Source: an uncultured Verrucomicrobiae bacterium (lineage in GTDB: Bacteria; Verrucomicrobiota; Verrucomicrobiia; Chthoniobacterales; UBA10450). From it: a DNA stretch of 64,000 nucleotides. The stretch covers positions 709,219 through 773,218 of the forward strand of contig CAVUNK010000008.1 in assembly GCA_963742845.1 (NCBI GenBank). The letters are read 5' to 3'. Below are positions 26,278-39,169 of this stretch, piece after piece. A program made the position numbers and the translations under genes. Under the pieces are notes generated by a model, which ran no database searches, was not told the origin of the DNA, and was given only the letters and a program-made list of their open reading frames with translations. Position 1 is the stretch's first letter; every line of letters starts with the position of its first letter.

Positions 26278-27744
26278 ATGAACACTCCGGACATCCCTTT
26301 GCCTAACGAGGAAGACCTCGCGCGCAGCCGGGCCGAACGGGCCGAGATCGATGCCTCGATGCGCGGCCCGGGATTGCACTTTTTCGTCTCGGCGATGGTC
26401 TGGCTGACCTTTGGCGCGTTGCTCGCGCTGGTGGCATCGCTGAAAATGCACGACCCCGAGTTTCTCTCAGCGAACGCCTGGCTCACTTTCGGCCGCGTGC
26501 GCCCGGCGCATCTGAACTCGATGGTCTATGGCTGGGCCACGATGGGTAGCATCGGCGTGGCGCTTTGGCTGATGGCGCGACTCTGCCGTTCGCCGCTGCG
26601 CTACGGCTGGTCGCTGCATCTGAGCGCGGTGCTTTTTAATGTCGCCAACGCGGTCGGCATTTTCGGCATTCTGCATGGGCGCGGCACTTCGCTGGAATGG
26701 CTGGAGTATCCGATCGAGGTCGGGCCTTTCATCATCGCCGCGACGCTGCCCGTGGCCTGGGCGTTTGTCGATATGGTGCGTCGCCGCGAGCCAGGGCACA
26801 TCTATGTGTCGCAGTGGTATCTGATGGCGGCGGTGTTTTGGTTTCCGTGGCTTTATCTCACCGCGCAGGCGCTCTTGCTTTGGTTCCCGATCGCCGCGCC
26901 GGCCATGCCGCCGGTGAACTGGTGGTATGCGCACAATGTGCTCGGTCTTTGGTTCACGCCGGTCGGCCTGGCGGCGGCCTATTATTTCATCCCGAAAATC
27001 ATCGGGAGGCCGATCAACAGTTATTACCTGTCGCTGGTCGGCTTTTGGTCGCTGGCCTTTTTCTATGCGTGGAATGGGATGCATCATCTCATCGGCGGAC
27101 CGTATCCCGGTTGGCTGGTGGGAATGAGCGTCGCGGCCAGCGTGATGATGCTGGTGCCGGTGATCACGGTGGGAGTGAATCATCACCTGACCATGCGCGG
27201 CCATTTCTCGCGTCTGCGCACCAGCCCGACGCTGCGTTTCGTCGTTTTCGCGGCGATGTCCTACACGGTGGTCAGCGTGCAGGGGAGCCTCACCGCGGTG
27301 CCGGCGGTCAATCGCTTCACCCACTTTACCCATTACACCATCGCGCACGCGCACCTCGGCATGTACGCCTTCGTCACCATGATGCTTTTTGGCTCGATGT
27401 ATTACATCGTGCCGCGCCTAACGAATCGCGAATGGCCCTCGGCCGCGCTCATTCGCTGGCATTTCTGGCTCACCGCGGTGGGAGTGCTGGTCTATTGGAT
27501 CGCGCTCACCATCGGTGGCGTGGAGCAGGGAGTGAAAATGGCGGATCCCAATGTCGCTTTCCTCGACATCGTCCGGTCGACCATTCCCTGGCTACAGATT
27601 CGCTCCGTCGCGGGGATCGCCATGACGCTCGGGCAGCTCTGCTTTTTCGCCTCCATGCTCTGGCTGCTCCTGCGCCGGCCCGCCACCGAAACCGGCCCCA
27701 CGCTGCTCGGCACCGAGCCGTCCGCCCCCTTCGTCGCCACCTAA
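26278..27744 (+). CDS. ccoN: cbb3-type cytochrome c oxidase subunit I (CcoN)
   Basis: 12-TM haem-copper oxidase core with His ligands (..FGRVRPAHLNSMVYGW.., ..WWYAHNVLGLWFTP.., ..HFTHYTIAHAHLGMY..). Confidence 0.9.
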   Translation: MNTPDIPLPNEEDLARSRAERAEIDASMRGPGLHFFVSAMVWLTFGALLALVASLKMHDPEFLSANAWLTFGRVRPAHLNSMVYGWATMGSIGVALWLMARLCRSPLRYGWSLHLSAVLFNVANAVGIFGILHGRGTSLEWLEYPIEVGPFIIAATLPVAWAFVDMVRRREPGHIYVSQWYLMAAVFWFPWLYLTAQALLLWFPIAAPAMPPVNWWYAHNVLGLWFTPVGLAAAYYFIPKIIGRPINSYYLSLVGFWSLAFFYAWNGMHHLIGGPYPGWLVGMSVAASVMMLVPVITVGVNHHLTMRGHFSRLRTSPTLRFVVFAAMSYTVVSVQGSLTAVPAVNRFTHFTHYTIAHAHLGMYAFVTMMLFGSMYYIVPRLTNREWPSAALIRWHFWLTAVGVLVYWIALTIGGVEQGVKMADPNVAFLDIVRSTIPWLQIRSVAGIAMTLGQLCFFASMLWLLLRRPATETGPTLLGTEPSAPFVAT

Positions 27745-27756
27745 GGAAACGAAGCC

Positions 27757-28380
27757 ATGGTCAAAAACTTCCAGCGCCTTTTCCTCGGTTTCTTCCTCAC
27801 CTTCCTGACCGCCTGGGTCGGGCTGGTGGTGATCCCAGTCCGGCATTTCGCGCAGGAGAAGCGGGAAACGCCGGCGGCCTTTCCGGCCAATGTCGAACTC
27901 GTTAGGCAAGGCGAACGCGTCTACGTCGCTAACGGCTGTATCTATTGCCATTCGCAACAGGTGCGTCCGTCGCCTTTCACCGATGACATCGACCGCGGCT
28001 GGGGTGATCGCCGCACGACCCCGGAAGATTATCTGCACGATCAACGCGCGCTTCTCGGCACCATGCGCACCGGCCCCGATCTGGCCAATATCGGCGCGCG
28101 CCAGACCTCGACCGCGTGGCATTTCCAGCACCTCTACGACCCGCGCAGCGTGAGTCCGGGTTCGAACATGCCGCCTTTCCGCTTCCTCTTTGAGAAGAAG
28201 CCCATCGCCGGTCAGCCCGAGGCCGATGCCCTGGTTTTTAATGCCAGCAAAATCGTGGACGGGAAATTCCAGATCGTCCCGAACCCCGAGGCGCACGCGC
28301 TGGTCGCTTATCTTCTTTCGCTGCGCCGCGCCGTCGCGCCTCCGCGAACCGCGGAAAACCAAAACACCCCGATCAAATGA
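27757..28380 (+). CDS. ccoO: cbb3-type cytochrome c oxidase subunit II (CcoO, monohaem)
   Basis: N-terminal TM helix, CIYCH haem c motif and ..GPDLANIG.R....W...HLYDPR...PGS.MP.F. Confidence 0.9.
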   Translation: MVKNFQRLFLGFFLTFLTAWVGLVVIPVRHFAQEKRETPAAFPANVELVRQGERVYVANGCIYCHSQQVRPSPFTDDIDRGWGDRRTTPEDYLHDQRALLGTMRTGPDLANIGARQTSTAWHFQHLYDPRSVSPGSNMPPFRFLFEKKPIAGQPEADALVFNASKIVDGKFQIVPNPEAHALVAYLLSLRRAVAPPRTAENQNTPIK

Positions 28381-28622
28381 AAAAAACTGAAGTTCAGGAC
28401 GGCATGAATGTGCGCCGGGTGCACGGCGTGATCTGGCGCGAATATCCCGAGCCGCGCGAGCTTTGGCGGCGCACACCCGCGATTCTGCGCCATTTTTATA
28501 TCGTCCTCACCATTGGCGTAATCCTCTATCTCCTCGCCTGGTTCCCGCGCTGGTCGTGGCAGAGCCTCGATCACGCTGCGCCGGAGAAAAAAGCTCCGCC
28601 TCCGGCCGAGATCTCCTCATGA
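28377..28622 (+). CDS. small membrane protein in the ccoQ position
   Basis: 81 aa with one TM helix (FYIVLTIGVILYLLAWF). Its start and stop overlap the flanking genes. Confidence 0.4.
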   Translation: MKKTEVQDGMNVRRVHGVIWREYPEPRELWRRTPAILRHFYIVLTIGVILYLLAWFPRWSWQSLDHAAPEKKAPPPAEISS

Positions 28623-30574
28623 GTGCATGCTGCGAATGTCATTCCGCGGCCACTCCGGCGGCGGGGGACATCGCACCGCCGCGCCCGGGCGGCGAGTGGC
28701 TGCGCTTCGCAGTTCTGGCTTTGATCGCGGGTCTGGGGATGACGCTCAGTCTCGGGGTTAACTCCGATCCGCCGACCGGCGCCACCCGGCTCCTCCTGCA
28801 CGGTCTCCTCGCGGTGATGGCACTCGGCCCGTTGTGCTGGTTGGGCGGCCCGCTGGTGCGCAACGCCATCGCTGCTCTGCGCGAGCGTCGGATCGTGACC
28901 GATCATCTTTTCCTTCTCGCGCTTTTTGCCGCCCTAACGACTTCGCTTTACGCGACCTGGCGCGGCAGCGGTTTCGTCTTCTATGAACTGGTGCCGTTGC
29001 TCCTCGCGATTCAACGCCTCGGGGCGCTGCTGCTTGCCTCTCCGCGCAATCGGCTCGATGCCGCCTGGCGAGAATTGGCCGCGCAACTCGACCTCGTCCA
29101 TCTGCTCACGCGGGAAGGCGCGCGCGACGTGGCCGCCACCAGCCTCCGCGCCGGCGACCTCGTGCGCGTCGATCCGGGCGAAACCATTCCGGTCGATGGC
29201 CGCATTGCCAGCGGCGCAGCGCTGGTGCGTGAAAGCACGCTCACGGGCGAGCCGTTTCCTGTGCCGCGCGACATTGGCGAGGACGTGACGGCGGGCGGTG
29301 TCGTGCTCGACGCGCCGCTCACCATCGTGACAACGCGAGTCAGCGGCGAGCGCCAGCTCGACGCGTTGCGGGCGAACGTCGAAGGACTGCTGCAGAAACC
29401 CGCGCCGCTTCTCGGCGTGGCCAATGAACTGGTGCGCTGGTTTCTCCCGCTCGTCCTCCTGGCCAGCCTGGGCGCGTTCGCTTTTTGGTACCGCGTCGCC
29501 GGCTTGGATGCCGCGCTTAATTCTTCGCTCGCCATCCTCCTCGTCGCCTGTCCCTGCGCCCTCGGAGTCGCGTTGCCGATGCTCTTTCGCCTCGGTCTCA
29601 CCCGTCTGGTGCAAGCCGGGTTGGTGGTCGGTTCGCCGCTCTTTCTCGAACGCCTCGCTGGGATTCGCCGCGTCGTTTTCGACAAAACAGGCAGCCTCGC
29701 GGAACCCGAATTGCGCCTGGCTTCCTTCGCCGTCCATCCCTCCGCCGATGACACGATGGTGCGCGCGATTCTGGGAGCGGTGCAAAGCCGGAGCGACCAC
29801 CCAGTCGCCGCACCTTTCTCGCGTTGGATCAGCGCCGGGCGGGAGATCGCGGTGGAAAACCTGCGCGCTATCCCTGCCGTCGGTCTCGCCGCGGAAGTGA
29901 CTTACGAAGACCATCGCCACGCGGTCGAGATCGGCAATAACCGACTCCTCAACGGCGATAAGCCATGGACTCACCACATCCCCAGCAAGCGCACCATCGC
30001 GATGAGACTAGACGGCCACCTCGTCGCCCTGGCCGAACTCGATGAGGAACTGCGGAGTGGCGCGCTCGACGGTCTGAGCGGACTGGCGAAAGCCGGTTTG
30101 CCCGTCACGGTTTTAACCGGTGACAACACCACGCCTAACGAACTAAGCGCCACCGGCCTGGAAGTCCGCACCGGCTTAAGCCCAGAAGAAAAGACCGACG
30201 CCGTGCAGGCTTGGGAACGCCAAAACGAACCCGTCCTTTATCTCGGCGACGGCTTGAATGACTCTGCCGCCAGCGCCGCCGCCAGCGCTTCCCTCGCGCT
30301 CGGGGCCGCACATTCCGTCACGATCGCTGCCAGCCAGGCCGTCTGGCCCCATCCGCATCTCGAGCAACTTCCCGGCCTCTTCCAAGCCGCGCGTCATCTC
30401 GTCCACCAGGCTCGGCGGATCGTCGGAATTTCCTTTGCCTATAACACCATCGGCATCGCCGCGGCTGCGAGCGGTTACCTGCATCCGGTCCTCGCCGCGA
30501 TTCTCATGCTCCTCTCCAGCCTCACCGTGACTACGCTCGCCGCCCACGCCGGCAGCAGGGCTAGTCATGGATAG
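28619..30574 (+). CDS. ccoI: heavy-metal P1B-type ATPase (CcoI/FixI-like)
   Basis: CPC TM motif ([13 protein letters not shown]), DKTGS phosphorylation site, GDGLNDSAA hinge and an N-terminal CCECH. The ATG at 28619 overlaps the previous stop. Confidence 0.8.
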   Translation: MSACCECHSAATPAAGDIAPPRPGGEWLRFAVLALIAGLGMTLSLGVNSDPPTGATRLLLHGLLAVMALGPLCWLGGPLVRNAIAALRERRIVTDHLFLLALFAALTTSLYATWRGSGFVFYELVPLLLAIQRLGALLLASPRNRLDAAWRELAAQLDLVHLLTREGARDVAATSLRAGDLVRVDPGETIPVDGRIASGAALVRESTLTGEPFPVPRDIGEDVTAGGVVLDAPLTIVTTRVSGERQLDALRANVEGLLQKPAPLLGVANELVRWFLPLVLLASLGAFAFWYRVAGLDAALNSSLAILLVACPCALGVALPMLFRLGLTRLVQAGLVVGSPLFLERLAGIRRVVFDKTGSLAEPELRLASFAVHPSADDTMVRAILGAVQSRSDHPVAAPFSRWISAGREIAVENLRAIPAVGLAAEVTYEDHRHAVEIGNNRLLNGDKPWTHHIPSKRTIAMRLDGHLVALAELDEELRSGALDGLSGLAKAGLPVTVLTGDNTTPNELSATGLEVRTGLSPEEKTDAVQAWERQNEPVLYLGDGLNDSAASAAASASLALGAAHSVTIAASQAVWPHPHLEQLPGLFQAARHLVHQARRIVGISFAYNTIGIAAAASGYLHPVLAAILMLLSSLTVTTLAAHAGSRASHG

Positions 30575-30587
30575 ACCAACCTATAAT

Positions 30588-32958
30588 ATGAACACACTTA
30601 CACCTGACCTATTGCAAAAAATCGACGCCTACTGGCGGGCGGCTAACTATCTCTCGGTCGGCCAGATTTATCTCTTCGCTAATCCGCTGCTCAAGCGCCC
30701 CCTCGCGCTCACGGACGTGAAGCACATGCTGCTCGGCCATTGGGGCACGACGCCGGGGCAGAACTTCATCTACGTGCACTTGAATCGGGTCATCAAGAAA
30801 TACGACCTCGATATGATTTATGTCTCCGGTCCGGGTCACGGCGGGCCGGCGGTGGTGGGTAACACTTACCTTGAGGGCACCTATAGCGAGGTTTACCCAA
30901 ACATCAGCCAGGATGAGGCTGGACTGCAGAAGCTCTTTCTGCAGTTTTCGTTTCCGGGCGGCATTCCCAGTCACGCCTCGCCGGAAACACCCGGCTCAAT
31001 TCACGAAGGCGGTGAGTTGGGATACTCGCTCAGTCACTCTTTCGGCGCGGTCTTTGATAACCCCGATCTTATCGTGGCTTGCGTGGTCGGCGATGGCGAA
31101 GCGGAGACCGGACCACTGGCCACGGCTTGGCACTCGAACAAGTTTCTCAACCCGGCGACCGACGGCGCGGTTCTCCCGATCCTGCATCTCAACGGCTATA
31201 AGATTTCCAATCCCACCATCCTCGCCCGCATCACCCACGAGGAATTGGAACAGTTACTCCGCGGTTACGGTTGGACGCCGATCTTTGTCGAAGGTCACGA
31301 GCCAGAGCTGATGCACGAAGCGATGGCGACAGCACTCGATGCCGCAATCGAGCAGATCAAACAAATTCACGAACGCGCCCGCTCCAACGGCGATCTTACC
31401 CGTCCGCGCTGGCCGATGATCGTGCTTAATTCACCGAAAGGTTGGACCGGGCCGAAAGTCGTCGACGGCTTGCAGATCGAAGGAACTTTCCGCGCGCATC
31501 AGGTGCCAATCTCGGACCCGCGCACACATCCGGGGCATCTCAAGTTGTTGGAGGACTGGCTGAAGAGTTATCGCGCTGAAGAACTCTTCGATGAGTCAGG
31601 CCGGCTTGAAACCGGAGCTGGCCGAGCTGGCGCCGAAAGGCGAGCGGCGGATGGGCGCGAATCCCCACGCCAATGGCGGCATTCTGCTGCGCGATTTGCG
31701 GATGCCGGACTTCTGCGATTACGCGGTCGATGTTCCTACGCCGGGAATTCGCGGCATCGGCGACACTCATGTGCTCGGGCCTTTCCTGCGCGACGTGGCG
31801 AAGCTGAATCAAGATCAGCGGAACTTCCGCGTCTTCGGTCCGGACGAAACACTTTCCAACGGCCTCGAAGCACTCTTCGGCGAGACCAATCGCCAATGGG
31901 ACGCGGCCACTCAGCCTAACGACCAATGGCTCGCACCCGCCGGCCGTGTCATGGAGATGCTGAGCGAACATCAGTGCGAAGGCTGGCTCGAAGGTTATCT
32001 GCTCACGGGTCGCCACGGACTCTTCAATTGCTACGAAGCCTTCATCCACATCATCGACTCGATGTTCAACCAGCACGCCAAGTGGTTGAAGGTCACCGCC
32101 GGCCTGCCTTGGCGCCGGAAAATCTCGTCGTTGAATTACCTCCTCGCTTCGCATGTCTGGCGCCAGGATCACAACGGCTTCACCCATCAGGATCCCGGCT
32201 TCATCGATCACGTCGTGAACAAGAAGGCCGAAGTCGTGCGCGTTTATCTGCCGCCGGATGCTAACTGTCTGCTCTCCGTCATCGATCACTGCCTGCGCAG
32301 CCGCCATTACGTCAACGTCGTCATCGCCGGTAAACATCCCGCGCCGCAGTGGCTCACGATGGACGCCGCGGTCAAGCATTGCACCGAAGGCATCGGCATC
32401 TGGTCGTGGGCGAGCAACGATCAGGAAGTCGCGCCCGATGTGGTCATGGCCTGCTGCGGCGATGTGCCGACCCTCGAGACGCTCGCCGCCGTCTCGATCA
32501 TGCGCGAGCACTTGCCCGAGCTAAAGATTCGCGTCGTCAACGTCGTCGATCTCATGCGTTTGCAGCCGCAATCCGAGCATCCGCACGGCCTGAGCGATCG
32601 CGATTTCGACGAGCTCTTCACCAAGGACAAGCCGGTCATCTTCGCCTTCCACGCCTACCCGTGGTTGATCCATCGGCTGACCTATCGCCGCACCAATCAC
32701 CACAACATCCACGTCCGCGGCTACAAGGAAGAAGGCACCATCACCACGCCGTTCGATATGACCGTGTTGAACGAGCTCGACCGTTTTCATCTGGTCATGG
32801 ACACGATCGACCGCGTCCCGCAGACCGGCGAACGCGGCATCTATCTAAAGCAGCAACTCCGCGACAAGCTGATCGAACACAAACTTTACATCGACAAAAA
32901 CGGCGAAGACCTGCCGGAGATCCGAAACTGGAAATGGGGCGCGCTTTCTCAGCCATGA
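30588..32958 (+). pseudogene. xfp: xylulose-5-P/fructose-6-P phosphoketolase, one frameshift near 31607
   Basis: [26 protein letters not shown] and EGGELGY motifs. The N-terminal part (ORF 30567..) ends ..DESGRL and continues as [24 protein letters not shown] in ORF 31591..32958. Confidence 0.9.
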
Positions 32959-32996
32959 ACGACACTGCTAACGCCCTAACGAATTAAGGAGTCGAA

Positions 32997-33359
32997 ATGC
33001 CCATTCAAATTAATGAAGAAAACGGCGGGAAAGTGCTCGCCGTCCACGTCAGCGGAAAGCTGGTCAAATCGGATTACGAGAACTTCGTGCCGGAGTTCGA
33101 GCGACTCGTCCGAGAGCATGGAAAATTGTGCGTGCTGTTCGATCTGAGCGGACTCCATGGTTGGACGCCGGGCGCAATGTGGGAAGACACGAAGTTTGCG
33201 CTGCATCACTTCGGCGACATCGACCGTCTCGCGGTGGTTGGTGAGAAAAAGTGGCAGGAAGGCATGGCGACGCTCTGTAAGCCGTTCACGAAAGCGACGG
33301 TCCGATACTTCGATCACGCCAACGCCCCGGAAGCGCGGAAGTGGCTGGACGAGGTGTGA
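32997..33359 (+). CDS. STAS/SpoIIAA-like (DUF3478) protein
   Basis: 120 aa: ..VSGKLVKSDYENFVPEFE..HGKLCVLFDLSGLHGWTPGAMWEDTKF..IDRLAVVGEKKW. Confidence 0.65.
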   Translation: MPIQINEENGGKVLAVHVSGKLVKSDYENFVPEFERLVREHGKLCVLFDLSGLHGWTPGAMWEDTKFALHHFGDIDRLAVVGEKKWQEGMATLCKPFTKATVRYFDHANAPEARKWLDEV

Positions 33360-33377
33360 TCCCTGCGACCTAACCGC

Positions 33378-35215
<1,838 letters not shown>

Positions 35216-35219
<4 letters not shown>

Positions 35220-35542
35220 GCGAGTCGCCTAACGACCGGACAGATTTCGCCGGGCAAATCGGCCAGAAAGCGGCGCGCAAACTGAAGGCGCGGCGCAATC
35301 CGGAAACGGGCGTCTGGTTCGGCCTCGGCATGATGGGACTGATCGGCTGGTCGGTGACCGTGCCGACTTTGCTCGGCGCCGCGCTCGGCATCTGGTTGGA
35401 CAAGCATTATCCCGGGACCCATTCCTGGACTCTCGCGCTCCTGGTCGCGGGGCTCACAATTGGTTGTCTAAACGCGTGGCATTGGGTCGCCAATGAAGAG
35501 AAGGCGATGCGAGACGACGACGAGGCGCCTAACGATGAATGA
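35216..35542 (+). CDS. atpQ: AtpQ (putative F0F1-ATPase-associated membrane protein, ATPase_gene1 family)
   Basis: 108 aa with two TM helices (GLGMMGLIGWSVTVPTLLGAALGIWLD; WTLALLVAGLTIGCLNAW). Its position after atpC is as in N-ATPase operons. Confidence 0.7.
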
Positions 35543-35850
35543 TCCGCTGCCATTATTGCTCGCAGGCGCTCGTCGGCCTTTTGCTCGGCGCGATTTTTTT
35601 CGGCGGCCTTTGGTGGACCGTTCGCAAAGGACTTACCGCCCGGCAACCCGCGCTCTGGTTTCTCGGCAGCATGCTGCTGCGCATGGGTCTAACGCTCGCC
35701 GGCTTTTACTTCGTCGGTCGCGGCGATTGGCGGCGACTGATTGCTTGTCTAATCGGATTCGTCATCGGGCGTTTCGCCGTGACCTGGCTGACCCGCGCGC
35801 CTACCGAAAACCACAGATCGCAAACCCCGGAGGCCAGCCATGCGCCTTAG
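35539..35850 (+). CDS. atpR: N-ATPase AtpR subunit
   Basis: 103 aa: LLLGAIFFGGLWWTVRKG plus a second TM helix. Its position before atpB is as in N-ATPase operons. Confidence 0.7.
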   Translation: MIRCHYCSQALVGLLLGAIFFGGLWWTVRKGLTARQPALWFLGSMLLRMGLTLAGFYFVGRGDWRRLIACLIGFVIGRFAVTWLTRAPTENHRSQTPEASHAP

Positions 35851-36533
35851 TCCCGATCAGATGATTTTTTGGCAGCACGGGTTTCTCAAACTCAACGGCA
35901 CCATCGTCTTCACCTGGGGCCTCATGTTTGTGCTCGCGGTCGGCGCGAAGCTCATCACGCGCAATCTTTCCACCGAATTGGAGCGCACCCGCTGGCAGAA
36001 CTTTTTGGAAATCATCGTCACCGGGATCAACAAACAGATCGAAGAAGTCGGTCTGCGGCATCCGGAGAAATATCTCGGTTTTCTCGGCACGCTCTTTCTC
36101 TTCGTCGCCGTCTCCGCGCTTTGCACCATCATCCCCGGCTACGAGCCGCCGACCGCTTCGCTCTCGACCACCGCCGCGCTCGCGCTCTGCGTCTTTGTCG
36201 CCGTGCCGCTCTTCGGCATCGAGGATCAGGGTCTTCGGCGGCTATCTCAAATCCTACATCGAGCCGACGGTGATCATGCTGCCGTTCAACATCATCAGCG
36301 AACTCTCGCGCACCCTCGCGCTGGCCGTCCGCCTCTTCGGCAATATGATGAGCGGGGCGATGATCATCGGCATTCTGCTCACGATCACGCCGTTCATTTT
36401 CCCGATCGTGATGACCGCGCTCGGCCTGCTCACCGGCATGGTGCAGGCCTACATCTTCAGCATCCTCGCCGCGGTTTACATCGCGGCGGCCACGCGCACG
36501 CGCCGGCCGAAACTTGAAAACCAATCAGCCTAA
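35840..36533 (+). pseudogene. atpB: N-type ATPase a subunit, one frameshift near 36235
   Basis: The N-terminal part is in ORF 35840... The C-terminal part is in ORF 35928..36533 (..LPFNIISELSRTLALAVRLFGNMMSG.. with the conserved Arg). Confidence 0.85.
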
Positions 36534-36551
36534 CAAACAAAGGACACACCA

Positions 36552-36833
36552 ATGGATAACATGACTCTGATCGCGATCGCCTCGATCGTCACCGCCGGCC
36601 TAACGACCGGCATCGGCTGCATGATGCCGGCCCTCGGCGAAGGGCGCGCGGTCGCGACCGCGCTGACCGCGCTCGCCCAACAGCCCGACGCCTCCGCCAC
36701 GATCACGCGCACGCTCTTCGTCGGCCTGGCGATGATCGAATCGACCGCCATTTATTGCTTCGTCGTCTCGATGATTTTGATCTTCGCGAATCCGTTCTGG
36801 AATCACGTCATCGCGCAGGCGGCCGGAAAGTAA
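36552..36833 (+). CDS. atpE: N-type ATPase c subunit with a full Na+-binding signature
   Basis: 93 aa: helix 1 ..ALAQQPD.. (Gln) and helix 2 ..GLAMIESTAIY.. (Glu-Ser-Thr..Tyr). Confidence 0.9.
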   Translation: MDNMTLIAIASIVTAGLTTGIGCMMPALGEGRAVATALTALAQQPDASATITRTLFVGLAMIESTAIYCFVVSMILIFANPFWNHVIAQAAGK

Positions 36834-36836
36834 TCC

Positions 36837-37613
36837 ATGCTCATCGACTGGTTCACGATCGTCGCGCAGGCGCTCAACTTCCTCATTCTCGTCTGGTTGT
36901 TGCGGCGTTTTCTTTACAAACCGATCCTCAACGCGATCGACGCGCGCGAGAAAAAGATCGCCGCCGAACTGGCTGACGCTGCCGCCAAAAAAACCGAAGC
37001 GAAGAAGGAGCGCGACGATTTCCAGCAGAAGAACACGGAGTTCGACCAGCAGCGCGCCACGCTTCTGAGCAAAGCCACCGACGAAGCGAAAGCGGACCGC
37101 GAGCGGCTCCTCGACGAAGCACGAATGGCCGCCGACGCCCTGAGCGCGAAGCGCGCCGAGACGCTCCGCAACGACGCGCAGCACCTAAGCGAGGCGATCA
37201 GTCGCCGCACGCAGGCTGAAGTGTTTGCGATCACGCGAAAGACGCTGGCCGATCTCGCCACCGCCAGCCTCGAGGCGCAAACCGCCGACGTCTTCCTGCG
37301 GCGCCTGCAAGCGCTGGACGCGAAGACGAAAGCGAGTCTCGGCGAAGCGCTCGCCAAGGCGTCTGATCTGGCAGTTGTCCGGAGCGCGTTCGATCTCCCC
37401 GCTGAGCAACAAGCCGCTATTCAAAAGGCGCTCAACGAAACCTTCTCGACGGATATAAAACTCTGCTTCGAAACCGCACCCGATTTGGTCAGCGGCATCG
37501 AACTGACCGCCAACGGCCAAAAGCTCGCCTGGAGCATCGCCGATTACCTCACCGGTTTGGAAACTGGCGTGAGTGAATTGTTGAAAGCCAAGGACGCCGC
37601 CATCAGCAAATGA
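36837..37613 (+). CDS. atpF: N-type ATPase b subunit
   Basis: 258 aa with an N-terminal TM helix, then a long Ala/Glu/Lys-rich coiled coil. Confidence 0.8.
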   Translation: MLIDWFTIVAQALNFLILVWLLRRFLYKPILNAIDAREKKIAAELADAAAKKTEAKKERDDFQQKNTEFDQQRATLLSKATDEAKADRERLLDEARMAADALSAKRAETLRNDAQHLSEAISRRTQAEVFAITRKTLADLATASLEAQTADVFLRRLQALDAKTKASLGEALAKASDLAVVRSAFDLPAEQQAAIQKALNETFSTDIKLCFETAPDLVSGIELTANGQKLAWSIADYLTGLETGVSELLKAKDAAISK

Positions 37614-39169
37614 ACGCGACGCCGGAAACACTGCAGAGCGTCTTCGATCGCACCTTCGCGGGAATTGATCAGGCGCGGGAAGCGTTCACGCCGCAACTGA
37701 CGACACACGAAATCGGTACGATCATCAGCGTTTCGACCGGGATCGCGCGTGTCGCCGGTCTGCCGAACGCGGGTTTTGAGGAATTGCTCCGGTTTCCTGG
37801 CGGTCTTTTCGGGATCGCGTTCAATGTGGATGAGGACGAGATCGGTGTCGTTCTGCTGGGCGAATATCAGGATTTGCAGGCGGGCGATGAGGTTCAACGG
37901 AGCGGGCGAGTCATGGATGTGGCGGTGGGCGACGCGCTGCTCGGTCGTGTGGTCGATCCGCTGGGGCGCGCGCTCGACGGCAATGGGCCGATGGCGTTGA
38001 GCGAACGTTTGCCGATCGAGCGGCCGGCCGCGCCAATCATGGATCGCGCGCCGGTGACGGTGCCGCTGCAGACGGGATTGAAGGTGATCGACGCGCTCAT
38101 TCCAATCGGGCGCGGGCAGCGCGAATTGATTTTGGGCGATCGCCGGACGGGCAAGACTGCGATCGCGATCGACACCATTTTGAATCAACGCGGGCGCGAT
38201 GTGGTTTGTGTCTATTGCGCGATCGGTCAGCGCGCGTCGGCGGTGGCCAAAGCGGTTGCCGGGCTGCGCGAAAAGGGCGCGATGGATTACACCGTCGTGG
38301 TCGTGACCGAGGGGAACGATCCGCCGGGGCTCGCTTACATCGCGCCGTACGCCGCGACCAGCATCGCGGAGTCATTCATGGCGGCGGGCCGCGACGTGCT
38401 CATCGTTTACGACGATCTCACGCATCACGCGCGCGCTTATCGCGAGCTCTCGTTGCTGCTCCGCCGACCGCCCGGGCGCGAAGCTTTTCCGGGCGACATT
38501 TTTTACATTCACTCGCGGCTGCTCGAGCGCGCCACCCATTTGCGCAAGGAACTCGGCGGCGGCTCGCTCACGGCGTTGCCGATCATCGAGACCGAGGCGC
38601 AAAATATTTCCGCTTACATTCCGACCAATCTGATCTCGATCACCGACGGTCAGATTTATCTTTCGCCGTCGCTCTTTGAACTGGGCGTGCTGCCCGCGGT
38701 CGATGTCGGCAAATCCGTCTCGCGCGTCGGCGGCAAAGCACAGTTGGCCGCCTATCGCGCGGTCACGGGCGACCTCAAGCTGGCCTACGCGCAGTTCGAG
38801 GAACGCGAAACCTTCTCCCGTTTCGGCGCGCGCCTGGATGAAGAAGCGCGTAAGATTATTGAGCACGGTCGCCGCATCCGCGCCTGTCTCGAGCAGCCGG
38901 AGTTCGATCCCGTTTCCGTGCCGGAACAAATCGCCGTGCTGCTGGCTTTATCCGCGGGACTCTTCGACGACGTCCCGTTGGAACGCATGAAGGAAGCCGA
39001 ACAGAGGCTGCGCAAATCCGCCGCGAAGATTCTACCCGAAGTCCTCGCGCGCCTGAAGACCGCCGACAAGTTGAGCGACGCAGATCGCAAAACGATGACC
39101 GATCTCGCCCGCGAGGCGCTCACCGCTTTTCATCCGAAACCGAAAACCCCCGAGCAGAAGAAACCGTGA
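37610..39169 (+). CDS. atpA: N-type ATPase alpha subunit
   Basis: Walker [14 protein letters not shown], ..[44 protein letters not shown].. Confidence 0.95.
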   Translation: MNATPETLQSVFDRTFAGIDQAREAFTPQLTTHEIGTIISVSTGIARVAGLPNAGFEELLRFPGGLFGIAFNVDEDEIGVVLLGEYQDLQAGDEVQRSGRVMDVAVGDALLGRVVDPLGRALDGNGPMALSERLPIERPAAPIMDRAPVTVPLQTGLKVIDALIPIGRGQRELILGDRRTGKTAIAIDTILNQRGRDVVCVYCAIGQRASAVAKAVAGLREKGAMDYTVVVVTEGNDPPGLAYIAPYAATSIAESFMAAGRDVLIVYDDLTHHARAYRELSLLLRRPPGREAFPGDIFYIHSRLLERATHLRKELGGGSLTALPIIETEAQNISAYIPTNLISITDGQIYLSPSLFELGVLPAVDVGKSVSRVGGKAQLAAYRAVTGDLKLAYAQFEERETFSRFGARLDEEARKIIEHGRRIRACLEQPEFDPVSVPEQIAVLLALSAGLFDDVPLERMKEAEQRLRKSAAKILPEVLARLKTADKLSDADRKTMTDLAREALTAFHPKPKTPEQKKP

